A stretch of DNA of 52,932 nucleotides, from positions 1 through 52,932 of the IMG/VR virus record IMGVR_UViG_3300046170_000229; one strand, written 5' to 3'. Position 1 is the first letter of the stretch; the number at the start of each line of letters is the position of its first letter. The notes under the pieces were generated by a model that was given only the letters and a program-made list of their open reading frames with translations, was not told where the DNA came from and searched no databases. Shown here piece after piece: positions 10,784 to 19,624 of the stretch. Source of the stretch: a virus. Its lineage: Duplodnaviria; Caudoviricetes. Made by a program: the position numbers and the translations under genes.

Positions 10784-11189
10784 TCTTTATGTTCTCCAAC
10801 ACAAATAATTCTTTTAATGGTACTAAAACAAATTTAGATTTTCTATGGTCTCCTCCAAAAACATTTTTATTCTTATATTTTTTTACAAGTTTCTTAACGG
10901 TACTTACTTTAAATACTAAAGTACAGTATTCATCATCACCATCAGTTAAGATATGCATCCAATAATCAGCTTTGGTAACTGATATCCCACTTGGCTTATC
11001 ATAACATTGTATTTCAATTGCAATGTTACCTGTCTTTTGCCACCAATCTCTCTCAGACTTTATCTCAAATTTTTTCTTAAAAAACATATCGTGAAGTTTC
11101 TTTTCACGCATTTGACCAAACTGTAAATCTAAATCAAATTTCTTTAGTGTTTTAATATCACTAGAGTTATTAAAATTATCTTTACTCAT
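10776..11189 (-). CDS. PD-(D/E)xK-like endonuclease
   Basis: FEIKSE..W..TGNIAIE...KPSGISVTKADYW. Confidence 0.6.
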   Translation of the reverse strand: MSKDNFNNSSDIKTLKKFDLDLQFGQMREKKLHDMFFKKKFEIKSERDWWQKTGNIAIEIQCYDKPSGISVTKADYWMHILTDGDDEYCTLVFKVSTVKKLVKKYKNKNVFGGDHRKSKFVLVPLKELFVLENIKNG

Positions 11190-11524
11190 TAATTTAATTT
11201 CCCATTATCATTTTTAAATTTAATATAATCTAGTATATCAACAATGTTGGTATCACTGTGTTTACCATTACCTTTTAATACAGGTTCTTTATAAGTAACC
11301 TCAGATTCCTCTTCTTCTAAAGCTTCTATACCTAAATCATAAACATATGCAGGGTCTGTTAAACACATTCTCATCATTCCCATTGCCATAATCTCACAAG
11401 TTTGCTCATCTTCAGAGGGATTTTTATTCTTTTTAATACTGCACATAAATGAACCCTGCCTATCAGGTACAGGGGTCACATAAATAACAGGACCATTTTT
11501 TTCCAAATCTTTACTTTTTGACAT
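11189..11524 (-). CDS. Hypothetical protein
   Basis: GGAGG SD; coupled in the operon. Confidence 0.7.
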   Translation of the reverse strand: MSKSKDLEKNGPVIYVTPVPDRQGSFMCSIKKNKNPSEDEQTCEIMAMGMMRMCLTDPAYVYDLGIEALEEEESEVTYKEPVLKGNGKHSDTNIVDILDYIKFKNDNGKLN

Positions 11525-12401
11525 CGTTTTTATCCTCCTTTGGATTAACTAATTTTGTATACCAAAACCATCTAGGTGATTTTGCTTTTGATTGTTGTTG
11601 TGGAAGATATTGTAACTCTTCTCCCCAACAAGTTTTTTTATAAGAACAAAAAGAACAGACTGTGCTTAACACTCTGTTGCCTGTTGTTACTTTATTAAAT
11701 GTTTCAGGAGTATCCTCAAAACATCTTTCAAACTCTTTATCATTTACTAAAGCATCTATATTCTCTTCAGCAATTTTTATTGCTTTAACTTTATAATCTT
11801 CATTATAAGTAGGTGTTTCTACTATTTGCCATTCACCAGTAGATTTATTTATTACAATCCATCCACCAAAAGGTTTACCCGAAGAATCAGAATATAGAGA
11901 ACCTTGAACTACATATCCAAAGTTATCATCTTCTCTGACATTATTAAATCCTTTTGCAAATTTATTATCATACGCCCAAGGAGATGCACTTTTAATATCA
12001 TAGATTTTATTATCTATCTCAACATCATAAGTACCTTTAATCTTAACACCTGATAATTCATTATGAACTTCTTTCTGTTCTGATTGAATTTTAATTCCTG
12101 CAGCTTTCATAATACCTATTGCTGCCGCTTCAATTAAGTCTCCAAACAAAACTCTCATTTTAAAATTATAAGGGGGTGACTCTGATGAAGACTTACTTTT
12201 CTCCATTTGTAACTGGCATAAAGGTTTACCAATACTAGACATTCGTATAGAAAATTCTTTATTTCTTTCTTCTGTGAATTGTTTTCTAAATGCAGTTTTA
12301 CAATCCTCTCCAAACTGCTCAATGATATCTTCTGATATTTCAACCCGCTCCGTAGTGGAGCGGGATAATAGTTCTTGTATTTTTACTAAAAGTAAATGCA
12401 C
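11511..12401 (-). CDS. Cas4/RecB-like PD-(D/E)xK exonuclease
   Basis: RMSSIGKPLC; GTYD...IYDIKSAS; Y..Q...Y; C-terminal CSFCSYKKTC. Confidence 0.8.
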   Translation of the reverse strand: MHLLLVKIQELLSRSTTERVEISEDIIEQFGEDCKTAFRKQFTEERNKEFSIRMSSIGKPLCQLQMEKSKSSSESPPYNFKMRVLFGDLIEAAAIGIMKAAGIKIQSEQKEVHNELSGVKIKGTYDVEIDNKIYDIKSASPWAYDNKFAKGFNNVREDDNFGYVVQGSLYSDSSGKPFGGWIVINKSTGEWQIVETPTYNEDYKVKAIKIAEENIDALVNDKEFERCFEDTPETFNKVTTGNRVLSTVCSFCSYKKTCWGEELQYLPQQQSKAKSPRWFWYTKLVNPKEDKNDVKK

Positions 12402-12405
12402 TTAC

Positions 12406-13222
12406 TTAGTTAAGTTGGTCAATTACTTTTGCATCATCACCATCTGATTCTGCTTGAGTAGTAGACCTACTATGCTGAGTACTGACACTTTTATTCTCAG
12501 AATTAATTATAGTTAAGAAACTTTCTAAAGTTTTTTCATCATCTGTAGAAAAACTTAATTCCTTATCTTTATTAATTTTATAAGTAGTAACAAAGAAACG
12601 TATTGCACCTGCTTTTCTTCTCTCTGTGCCTAATGTCAAAGTATATTTAAACATTGGTTTACCTAGATTAGTTAAGCCTGTAAATGCTTCATTAACAATA
12701 TTATAATTAGTTCCTGTGTTTCTCCAAAGGACAGGGGAAGTTTTCGATATCTACATCTTCGCCTTTAGCATTTTTACCTTTAAAAGATACTGTACCATAA
12801 GTCATCTTATAGCATTTTATCTGCTTCTGAAGTTCTAGTTCAGCAGAGGTAAGATTAGCTTTTTGTGCTTCAGGAAGTTTGCCACATCGTGTGCCACCTG
12901 AAGTGTCAATAATATCCTCTTTCCAATTCCTAAAGATAACAGAACGAGAAGTATATTTTTTCTCAGTAGGATTGTAAGCCATATATTGATAAGCAGTGTA
13001 GAAAGGTCTAAATTCTACTGACTCACCATATATGTTTTGTTCTAGTTCTGGATGATAGATTTGATAGTGACCTGTTGGTAATCTATTACCTTCATCATCC
13101 TCTGCATCTCTGTTAATTTGTAATCGAGATAGCATGGGTCTGTTTGTATCAACAGTCTGTCCAATTGCTGCCATAATCTGAGCATCAGACATTCCTTTTA
13201 CTGATATTTCATTAGTCATCAT
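12406..13222 (-). CDS. Putative ssDNA-binding protein, split by a +1 frameshift at about 12734-12737
   Basis: Removing one base from the GGGG run joins ...ENFP to VLWRNTGTNYNIVNEAFTGLTNLGKPMFKY; lies between PolA and exonuclease; acidic tail. Confidence 0.65.
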
Positions 13223-13259
13223 TAATAATAACTCCTTATTATTTATAGTTGTGGATAAG

Positions 13260-15356
13260 TTACAGTTTTATTTCTGTCATGTCAAGCCAATCAGAGCCTA
13301 CTTTTATCTCTATATCTAGAGGTACATTAAAATCAATATTATACATTGATTTCATTGTGTTTTTTACCCCTGTAGTAGATTTAGCTAAGATATCTGACAT
13401 AACATTTTCTTCACCCGGATAGACATCTACAACAATACTGTCATGTACAGTATTAATTAATAGACTTTTTACCTTCTTTTGTTTCATTAACTCATAAGCA
13501 TTAATACAAGCTAAAGGAACAATGTCGGCAGTAGCAAAACCTTGAACAGGATAGTTTTTTATTTGGGTGGAATAATTAGAACTACCCCAAGGCATCCTTT
13601 TCGCATCGGGAAAAGAATATTGCCTACCTGTTGGTAAGGTAACTAGTTTGGTGGCAATCGCACTATACTCTAACTTATCGTGCCACTCTTTAATCTGTTT
13701 ATATTTAGTTAAAAATTCAGCGTAATATTTCTTTTCATCATCTGTACCACTAAAACCTCCATACAAAGGTTTGAAAGTATGAGCCTTAGCATCTTGTCTA
13801 GATACTCCTATGATATCAGCAGTGAATTGATGAACATCAACTCCATTTTTTATATCTTCCATACCTTGTTTATCCTGAGCAAGAAAGACTGCAGTTCTAA
13901 ATTCTAACTGTGCAAAGTCTACCTCCATAATCTTACCATTCTTAAATCTTGATTTCATTACTTTCCTAATAGGGAAAGTTTTAGCACGTGGTTGGTTTTG
14001 GAAATTAGGATTTCTACTAGACAATCTTCCTGTTGAAGTAGCAGTCTGCATAAAGCTAGGATGTAATATAGAGTTCCAACCTACAAAGTTTTGTATACCT
14101 TCAACAAAAGTAGATAAGTAAGTTTCTATAGCACTATACTTTGTAATAGAATCTACAAAATCAATTACTCCATTTTTACTATACTTAGAAATAGTCATTA
14201 AAGTTATTTTATCTGTTTTAAATCCTGTATTACAAGCTAGTCCTACTAACTTACTAGCAGTGTCTTTAGAATCTCTAGAAAAGTTTTCTACAATAGTTTT
14301 AAGGTTAACTTTAAATCCTGCTAATTCTTTTAACTGATGATATATTAAACCCTGACCATCACAAGTCTCACACTTACTTAAATTCTTATAGGGATTACCA
14401 TCAACTTTCATTTTCTGAACTTTACCATTGCCATAACAACTAGAACATCTTTCTGAACGAGTTTTATGAACAGGCTTAGTATACATTTTAACATACTTAT
14501 TAAAGTCTGCTATGGACATTCTAGGTCTTCTCTTAGGTTTATTAGTTTGTTTATTAACACCAATGTTAAAAACCTCAGCCCATTTCTTTTTATTAGTAAC
14601 TTTTAATCCATAGACTAGCCAAGAAAGTTGTTCACCACTACTAGGTTCTATGTGGGTATCTCCCATCATATCCCAAATAGTATCATCTATCTTTACTCGT
14701 AATCGTTTATGCTCTTTTTCAAATTCATCTCTAACTTCAGATAAAGTACTCTTATCAATATAAATACCATTCATCTCCATATTGGTTAATACTTTTGTAA
14801 ATTTGTTCATCATTTTAACTGTAGTTAATAAAGAAGAATTATGTTTCTTATTTAAATCTGATACCTGAGCATCAAAAAGCTGTCGGGTACACTCCACATC
14901 TCTTCTACCATAGAACTCAATATCTTTAGGAATAATATCTTTAAAAGTCATTCCCTGACTTCTATATGTATCAATAATTGAAGTAGCTTTATGTATTAAT
15001 CCTCTTCTTACACAACATTCTGCTAAAGATATTCTAGTTTTAACACCTCGATGTAAAACATATTCAGCTATCATAGTGTCATAAATAATACCAGTATATT
15101 TAAATCCACAAGAATATATCCATGACAAATCAAATTTTATATTATGACCTACAAGAATATCTGTTTTATTCAGTATATCTTGGACAATCTTTTTATTCTT
15201 TTTTAAATCAATATCAGGCAAGTCAGGATGCCAAAAAAATAAATACTCATTATCTATACCTAAACTTATTAATTTATTATCAGGATAGTAAGGAGTAGGG
15301 CTTCCTTTATAACCTTCTTCTGTTGTTTCCACATCAAATACTGTTATCTTTGTCAT
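13260..15356 (-). CDS. polA: Family A DNA polymerase with 3'-5' exonuclease and DnaJ-like zinc-finger insert
   Basis: DVET, GHNIKFD, TGRLSS, DFAQLEFR, RQDAKAHTFKPLYG, KNYPVQG, VHDSI; CSSCYGNG and CETCDGQG. Confidence 0.95.
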   Translation of the reverse strand: MTKITVFDVETTEEGYKGSPTPYYPDNKLISLGIDNEYLFFWHPDLPDIDLKKNKKIVQDILNKTDILVGHNIKFDLSWIYSCGFKYTGIIYDTMIAEYVLHRGVKTRISLAECCVRRGLIHKATSIIDTYRSQGMTFKDIIPKDIEFYGRRDVECTRQLFDAQVSDLNKKHNSSLLTTVKMMNKFTKVLTNMEMNGIYIDKSTLSEVRDEFEKEHKRLRVKIDDTIWDMMGDTHIEPSSGEQLSWLVYGLKVTNKKKWAEVFNIGVNKQTNKPKRRPRMSIADFNKYVKMYTKPVHKTRSERCSSCYGNGKVQKMKVDGNPYKNLSKCETCDGQGLIYHQLKELAGFKVNLKTIVENFSRDSKDTASKLVGLACNTGFKTDKITLMTISKYSKNGVIDFVDSITKYSAIETYLSTFVEGIQNFVGWNSILHPSFMQTATSTGRLSSRNPNFQNQPRAKTFPIRKVMKSRFKNGKIMEVDFAQLEFRTAVFLAQDKQGMEDIKNGVDVHQFTADIIGVSRQDAKAHTFKPLYGGFSGTDDEKKYYAEFLTKYKQIKEWHDKLEYSAIATKLVTLPTGRQYSFPDAKRMPWGSSNYSTQIKNYPVQGFATADIVPLACINAYELMKQKKVKSLLINTVHDSIVVDVYPGEENVMSDILAKSTTGVKNTMKSMYNIDFNVPLDIEIKVGSDWLDMTEIKL

Positions 15357-16588
15357 TCTATATACCTCGATTTCTCAGGCACTAGTATACTATTAACTAT
15401 ACCATGCCATCCATTTATTTTATTCTTTATAACATTTAAGTTTCGCAAAAAGTTTGGTGTATCACCATCTTGTTGGGCTTTACCAATACCAATAATTAAA
15501 TCAGCTTCGGCTGCCTTTCCTGTTCTACTATTCTCCATCATATCAAAAGACAAAACTGCTGAGCCTTCAGCTTCTGCATTTGCCTGAGAGACACCAATCA
15601 AAGCTATATTTCTTCTCTTAGCTATTTCTCTTGCACCTAAGTAGATTGCTCGTAATCTTTCATCACCTCTAGAGAAAGTTCCTTCTACATTTATTTTATC
15701 TAGTTGGTCAACAATAACAATATCAGGTTTATTATCTTCACAATACTTATCTAAAGATTCTAGTGACCAATCTACAGAATCATGGCAAACTATGTTGTCA
15801 CTAATCTTAGCCCACTCTTCTTTTGCTTCTTTCATACTGTCTTGTATATCAAGCTTATGCATATCAGTCCATGCAGATACCATTCTCATCTGTGTTCTAA
15901 CTGCGGGTTCTTCATTAATAAAACAATGAACCTTAGCACCTTGATGAGCAAAGCCTTCGTACCCGGCTACTAGACTAACCCAAAATGCAGTCTTACCTGT
16001 TTCAGGTCTAGCGAATATAACCATAAGATTACCTTCACCTACGCCATCAATTCTATCACCTAATGTTTTTATATTAAACTTCCATTTAGATGTAACTGAT
16101 ACTGCATCTAACATCTCACCAATATCTTTAGTAACAGGAGTTAGCCCATCTTCAGATTCTATTACGTCTTCATCAAATTCTTCCACTAATTTTTTAACAG
16201 TAGATAATGATTTACTTTTACCATTCCAAACACCATTAGCTTCTTCTATAACTTGTTTAGCATGTTCTAGCATACGTAAATTCTTTAACGTATCAGAAAC
16301 AATATCAGCATTATATTCTGTGTTATCATTACCTATGTTGTCTAGTATGGCTTCCATTTTCTGTCGATGAGCAGTAGTGGATGCAGGTTTGTAAATATTA
16401 AAATATGCATCTTTAACTTCTTCAACAGAAAGCTTTTGTATATTATTATGTTTTTTATAGGTATCTCCTATAACAGTGTATACCTCTGCTAAACCATTAG
16501 TAAAATTGTTCTTACTAATCCTTTTTCTATTCTCTTCAAAAAAGTCACGGTTTAGACAGAACTTTATTATTCTATTCTCAAGTGACAT
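15353..16588 (-). CDS. SF4 (DnaB/T7 gp4-like) replicative helicase
   Basis: Walker A ARPETGKT; IVIVDQLD; VSQA; KAAEADLIIG; KNK. Confidence 0.9.
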   Translation of the reverse strand: MSLENRIIKFCLNRDFFEENRKRISKNNFTNGLAEVYTVIGDTYKKHNNIQKLSVEEVKDAYFNIYKPASTTAHRQKMEAILDNIGNDNTEYNADIVSDTLKNLRMLEHAKQVIEEANGVWNGKSKSLSTVKKLVEEFDEDVIESEDGLTPVTKDIGEMLDAVSVTSKWKFNIKTLGDRIDGVGEGNLMVIFARPETGKTAFWVSLVAGYEGFAHQGAKVHCFINEEPAVRTQMRMVSAWTDMHKLDIQDSMKEAKEEWAKISDNIVCHDSVDWSLESLDKYCEDNKPDIVIVDQLDKINVEGTFSRGDERLRAIYLGAREIAKRRNIALIGVSQANAEAEGSAVLSFDMMENSRTGKAAEADLIIGIGKAQQDGDTPNFLRNLNVIKNKINGWHGIVNSILVPEKSRYIE

Positions 16589-17381
16589 TAAATAACTCCT
16601 TTATCCTTGTGGGGTCTAAATATTTTAAGTCTTCTTCTAAGACTTTTACTTCAGTATCAATAAGATACCTCAAGCCTTTTGATAAATCAAATGCCTTCTG
16701 CGTTGCGTCTCTATCTAAAGCTATAATTACTTTCTTAAAGTTTTTAGATAAGTAAATTGCATACTCTTCTTTCATAGTTGTTCCTAATAAGGCAACTCCT
16801 GTGTAGATAGAACTAATAGCACAAGCAGAAGCACAGTCTTCTACAATAACTGCAGTGTCGCTTTTACCACAAGTAAAAGGAATAATGTTTTTATTGTAGT
16901 TGAACCACTTAGGCATGTTAAGGGGATTAAGACTTCTACCTACTGCAGAAACTACATCACCCTCATCTTTAACTACAAAGACTGCTCTATCTTTACGGGG
17001 GTCAAAGTATATTGATGCTATCCCTTCAAGGTATGCCGGGTAACAATTATTTTTCTTAACATAAGACAAACATTTTTCACTAGATTGTATGTTAGTAAAA
17101 TGTTTTGGGATTGTCCAAGCTTTTACTTTCGGTTCAGCCGAGCCTTTTGATGACGATAGTTCCAAGAACTTGGTAACATCATCAGGAGATAATGCTCGTT
17201 CAGTAGTACCACCAATCTTACAAGATGCATGATAGCATCCCCAATTAATTTTAAAGTCTTCTGTGTTTATATAGAATGTATTTTTGTTAAGACAAAAAGG
17301 ACAATCCATTCTAACTCGGGTGTTAGAAGGTATCTCTAACTGTTTGATATATTCTAATTGATGTTTCTTTGTGATGTACAT
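16578..17381 (-). CDS. DNA primase (Zn ribbon + TOPRIM)
   Basis: CPFC...CYHASC; VIVED, ALLGT, ALDRD; AGAAAGG SD places the start at ATG 17381. Confidence 0.88.
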   Translation of the reverse strand: MYITKKHQLEYIKQLEIPSNTRVRMDCPFCLNKNTFYINTEDFKINWGCYHASCKIGGTTERALSPDDVTKFLELSSSKGSAEPKVKAWTIPKHFTNIQSSEKCLSYVKKNNCYPAYLEGIASIYFDPRKDRAVFVVKDEGDVVSAVGRSLNPLNMPKWFNYNKNIIPFTCGKSDTAVIVEDCASACAISSIYTGVALLGTTMKEEYAIYLSKNFKKVIIALDRDATQKAFDLSKGLRYLIDTEVKVLEEDLKYLDPTRIKELFNVT

Positions 17382-17393
17382 TTTTACCTTTCT

Positions 17394-17411
17394 ACTTAAC
17401 ACGTGTTAAGT
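17394..17411. repeat. Palindrome copy 1, ACTTAACACGTGTTAAGT
   Basis: Perfect 18-bp palindrome abutting the primase SD. Confidence 0.95.
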
Positions 17412-17434
17412 TATTTTCTCATTTCTTCAGAGCC

Positions 17435-17466
17435 AAAAAAAGGGGCAGTCATTTCTGACCACCCCT
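17435..17466 (-). terminator. Intrinsic terminator
   Basis: AGGGGTGGTCA-GAAA-TGACTGCCCCT plus T run on the minus strand. Confidence 0.85.
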
Positions 17467-17510
17467 CTCAGCCACAAAGAAAGAAAGTATATGAGTGAAT
17501 ATACTCTTTC

Positions 17511-17538
17511 TTTATAACTTTTTTTTCTTATATTGCAA
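17511..17538 (-). promoter_or_regulatory. Candidate sigma70 promoter TTGCAA-N16-TATAAA
   Basis: Near-consensus boxes; same 16-bp spacer as the other promoters. Confidence 0.5.
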
Positions 17539-17673
17539 GTGCTTTAAATCTTTATCTAAATGTTTTTTTATCAAAGGAAATTGAAAATCTGTTCGATACT
17601 CCCCTTGATGGTATCTTAACAATGACCACAATCTAGGATTAAATTTTTCTAGATATGCTTCAGTATTATTCAT
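17512..17673 (-). CDS. Small hypothetical protein (53 aa, not in ORF track)
   Basis: AGAAAGGAG SD right after palindrome copy 2; MNNTEAYLEKFNPRLWSLLRYHQGEY... Confidence 0.65.
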   Translation of the reverse strand: MNNTEAYLEKFNPRLWSLLRYHQGEYRTDFQFPLIKKHLDKDLKHLQYKKKKL

Positions 17674-17687
17674 GATTACTCCTTTCT

Positions 17688-17705
17688 ACTTAACACGTGT
17701 TATCT
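17688..17705. repeat. Palindrome copy 2 (hybrid arms), ACTTAACACGTGTTATCT
   Basis: 12-bp perfect core TAACACGTGTTA at 17691-17702. Confidence 0.9.
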
Positions 17706-18122
17706 TCAAAAAGTTTTTTGAGGATGTGTACAATGACAAACTGTTATATGTACATTAGTGGTCATGAATCCACTCACGTCAACATCCTCAAAAAATCTTG
17801 TTGGTAGTTTAGCGTCCAAGTCAGGTTCCTGAGGCTTTGCGTCCTTTTGGCTATATCTTGGTTTCTGCATATAATTTTTCAGCAGACCTGCCACTAAACT
17901 AATTTACGTGGGGCAGACTGTACAATCTACCCCAAGGTACTTTGCGTTGCGTTTGAGTTTATACTCGGCTACGAACCCAAGAATACGAAATGGCTTACGC
18001 ACGAGTACCGACAGTGACCATAGACTTACCTATCATTTTGGTAGCTAATTCAAAACTCATCAAGCTTAGTGTAATCGGTTAAAAGAAACATTCAATCGTC
18101 ATCAAATGTTTCTCTAAACCTT
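17706..18122 (-). ncRNA. Candidate large structured ncRNA (about 420 nt), family unknown
   Basis: GC-richer than flanks; nested helices, including 14-bp 17714-27/17782-95, 11-bp 17909-34 with G-U pairs, 17936-47/17997-18009, 9-bp 18084-92/18105-13. Confidence 0.55.
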
Positions 18123-18138
18123 CTTAACACGTGTTAAG
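18123..18138. repeat. Palindrome copy 3, CTTAACACGTGTTAAG
   Basis: Perfect 16-bp palindrome. Confidence 0.95.
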
Positions 18139-18139
18139 T

Positions 18140-18172
18140 AAAAAGGGGTGTCAGATATAGACTAACACCCCT
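18140..18172 (-). terminator. Intrinsic terminator
   Basis: AGGGGTGTTAG..CTGACACCCCT plus TTTT, ending 1 nt from the palindrome. Confidence 0.8.
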
Positions 18173-18222
18173 GTCGGCTTAATTAACAAACAACTCCCGA
18201 AAGGATTTCGGAGTCACTTATA

Positions 18223-18250
18223 ATAATAAACTAATCCCCTGTTAAGTCAA
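18223..18250 (-). promoter_or_regulatory. Candidate sigma70 promoter TTGACT-N16-TATTAT
   Basis: 5/6 and 5/6 consensus; spacer begins TAACAGGG as in the 21674-21701 promoter. Confidence 0.6.
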
Positions 18251-18507
18251 ATCGTAACAGGCTGATTATCTTTTCCTATAACAGTAACATCACCTAATGC
18301 TTCTATCCAAACTTTAGCACCACAGGATAAAGGTTTGTCAGGACTATAGACAATTCTTGTAGCACCATTGCAAACAACATCAGAGCCATAGTAATTATGC
18401 TTGTATGTTTTAACTGTAATAACATCTTTGATGTCATCAGGATGTTTGGCATTGTGTCGAATGTTATGTTGGTTAACATGAATACGTTTAATCAAATGAC
18501 TCTCCAT
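18247..18507 (-). CDS. Conserved phage hypothetical protein
   Basis: RIHVNQH...VITVK...VYSPDKPLSCGAKVWIE; start likely MESH. Confidence 0.75.
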   Translation of the reverse strand: MESHLIKRIHVNQHNIRHNAKHPDDIKDVITVKTYKHNYYGSDVVCNGATRIVYSPDKPLSCGAKVWIEALGDVTVIGKDNQPVTI

Positions 18508-18679
18508 TCTTTTGTAGTACTTCACTAACATCAACTATTGTTCTGTCTATACCTTTTTCATACAAAGGACTAGAATGACCATCCATTAAATAATTATTCT
18601 GTGCCTCTTCTACATCTTTTGCTTTTATGTAATACTTTTTTGTTTTAGTTACCTCAACAACAATTTCATACATAGGCAT
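18488..18679 (-). CDS. Small hypothetical protein
   Basis: AAAGGA SD; TAATG coupling; YEIVVEVT..YYIKAKDVEEA. Confidence 0.7.
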   Translation of the reverse strand: MPMYEIVVEVTKTKKYYIKAKDVEEAQNNYLMDGHSSPLYEKGIDRTIVDVSEVLQKNGESFD

Positions 18680-19014
18680 TAGTTTGTTCCTTTCATGTCA
18701 ACAGTACCTACAAACATTAATCTGTAGTCATCTGTGTTCTCTACTTCAATATGATAAATCATACCCTTAGCTTTGATATATTTAATCGTATTGTAATTAA
18801 TATTTCTATAACCTTTCTTCTGCATATCATAAGCAACTAAAAAATTATTAGGGTTGGTATATTGTCTACCGCCCTTTTGATTTTTCTTTACACCTAGTCT
18901 GAATACACCAGTTCTAAATGTTCCGTCTTTCTTGTAGAAACCTACAGAGAAAGTATTCTGTGTACCTACCATTTCTTTAATAGCTTCAGGCACAGTTAGT
19001 TTTGACATTAACAT
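18679..19014 (-). CDS. SH3/Sm-like beta-barrel protein (WYL_2/DUF2693-like)
   Basis: FSVGFYKKDGTFR...YDMQKKGYRNIN; AGAAAGGA SD. Confidence 0.65.
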   Translation of the reverse strand: MLMSKLTVPEAIKEMVGTQNTFSVGFYKKDGTFRTGVFRLGVKKNQKGGRQYTNPNNFLVAYDMQKKGYRNINYNTIKYIKAKGMIYHIEVENTDDYRLMFVGTVDMKGTN

Positions 19015-19029
19015 ATCGTTCCTTTCTAT

Positions 19030-19047
19030 AGATAACACGTGTTATCT
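19030..19047. repeat. Palindrome copy 4 (variant), AGATAACACGTGTTATCT
   Basis: Perfect 18-bp palindrome with both outer arms changed symmetrically. Confidence 0.92.
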
Positions 19048-19202
19048 CTATGGTTTTAATATCCAATAAGTTATTATTATAGATATAAATATAATCCATT
19101 CTACATCCATAAATTTTTTACGATTTCGCTTTACATATTTTAAAATCCATGATAGAAGGGGTTACCACCCCCGAGGGTATATATACCCCTTTATTATTAT
19201 TC

Positions 19203-19230
19203 ATAATACCATACCCAAAGGGTAAATCAA
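19203..19230 (-). promoter_or_regulatory. Candidate promoter TTGATT-N16-TATTAT with extended -10 TG
   Basis: Same TTGATT -35 and 16-bp spacer as 20604-31 and 21674-701. Confidence 0.5.
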
Positions 19231-19245
19231 ATTTATTACTTTTCA

Positions 19246-19422
19246 TTATTTAGTTTCCTTAGTGTTACTATAATACGTATTAGTTAAAATGTAATTAACT
19301 CTAATACGTTCTCTTTTTCTTTCTCTTTCTTGTTTACTCATTTGAGCCTTACTAAGATTGTATCCTAATAAGGTACTTTCTTTTTTTTCTTTGCGACCTC
19401 TGATTTCAACATCAGATATCAT
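19246..19422 (-). CDS. Small basic hypothetical protein (58 aa, not in ORF track)
   Basis: GAGGT SD; MISDVEIRGRKEKKESTLLGYNLSK... Confidence 0.55.
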   Translation of the reverse strand: MISDVEIRGRKEKKESTLLGYNLSKAQMSKQERERKRERIRVNYILTNTYYSNTKETK

Positions 19423-19624
19423 TGCTTACCTCATCTAAATCATCTTCAACCATAACATGAATGTCTAGTTTATGTTTGTCATAATCTAATCCATATTCAT
19501 CTAACAACATTCTCTTTGCTAAATACTCAGCGTCAGAGAATATATCTCTACTATTACCTGCTACTTTTACTTTGTAGCGAATAGTAAAAGATACTTCTAA
19601 GGGATAATCTTTTTTAAATCCCAT
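19412..19624 (-). CDS. Small hypothetical protein
   Basis: GAGGAG SD; TAATG coupling. Confidence 0.7.
   Translation of the reverse strand: MGFKKDYPLEVSFTIRYKVKVAGNSRDIFSDAEYLAKRMLLDEYGLDYDKHKLDIHVMVEDDLDEVSNDI

Noticed and set aside
11511-12401. Cas4-like nuclease as a CRISPR component
   Set aside because: Stand-alone phage exonuclease in the replication operon
13985-13990. CACGTG inside polA
   Set aside because: Only the 6-bp centre, without TAA/TTA arms; coding position
17845-17890. Group I intron-like words (AAGATATAGCC, GCAGAAACC) in the structured region
   Set aside because: No matching P7 partner or correct P/Q/R/S order found, and no interrupted gene flanks it
17706-17894. 62-aa minus-strand ORF
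   Set aside because: GTG start without SD and lies within long helices; kept only as an alternative to the ncRNA call
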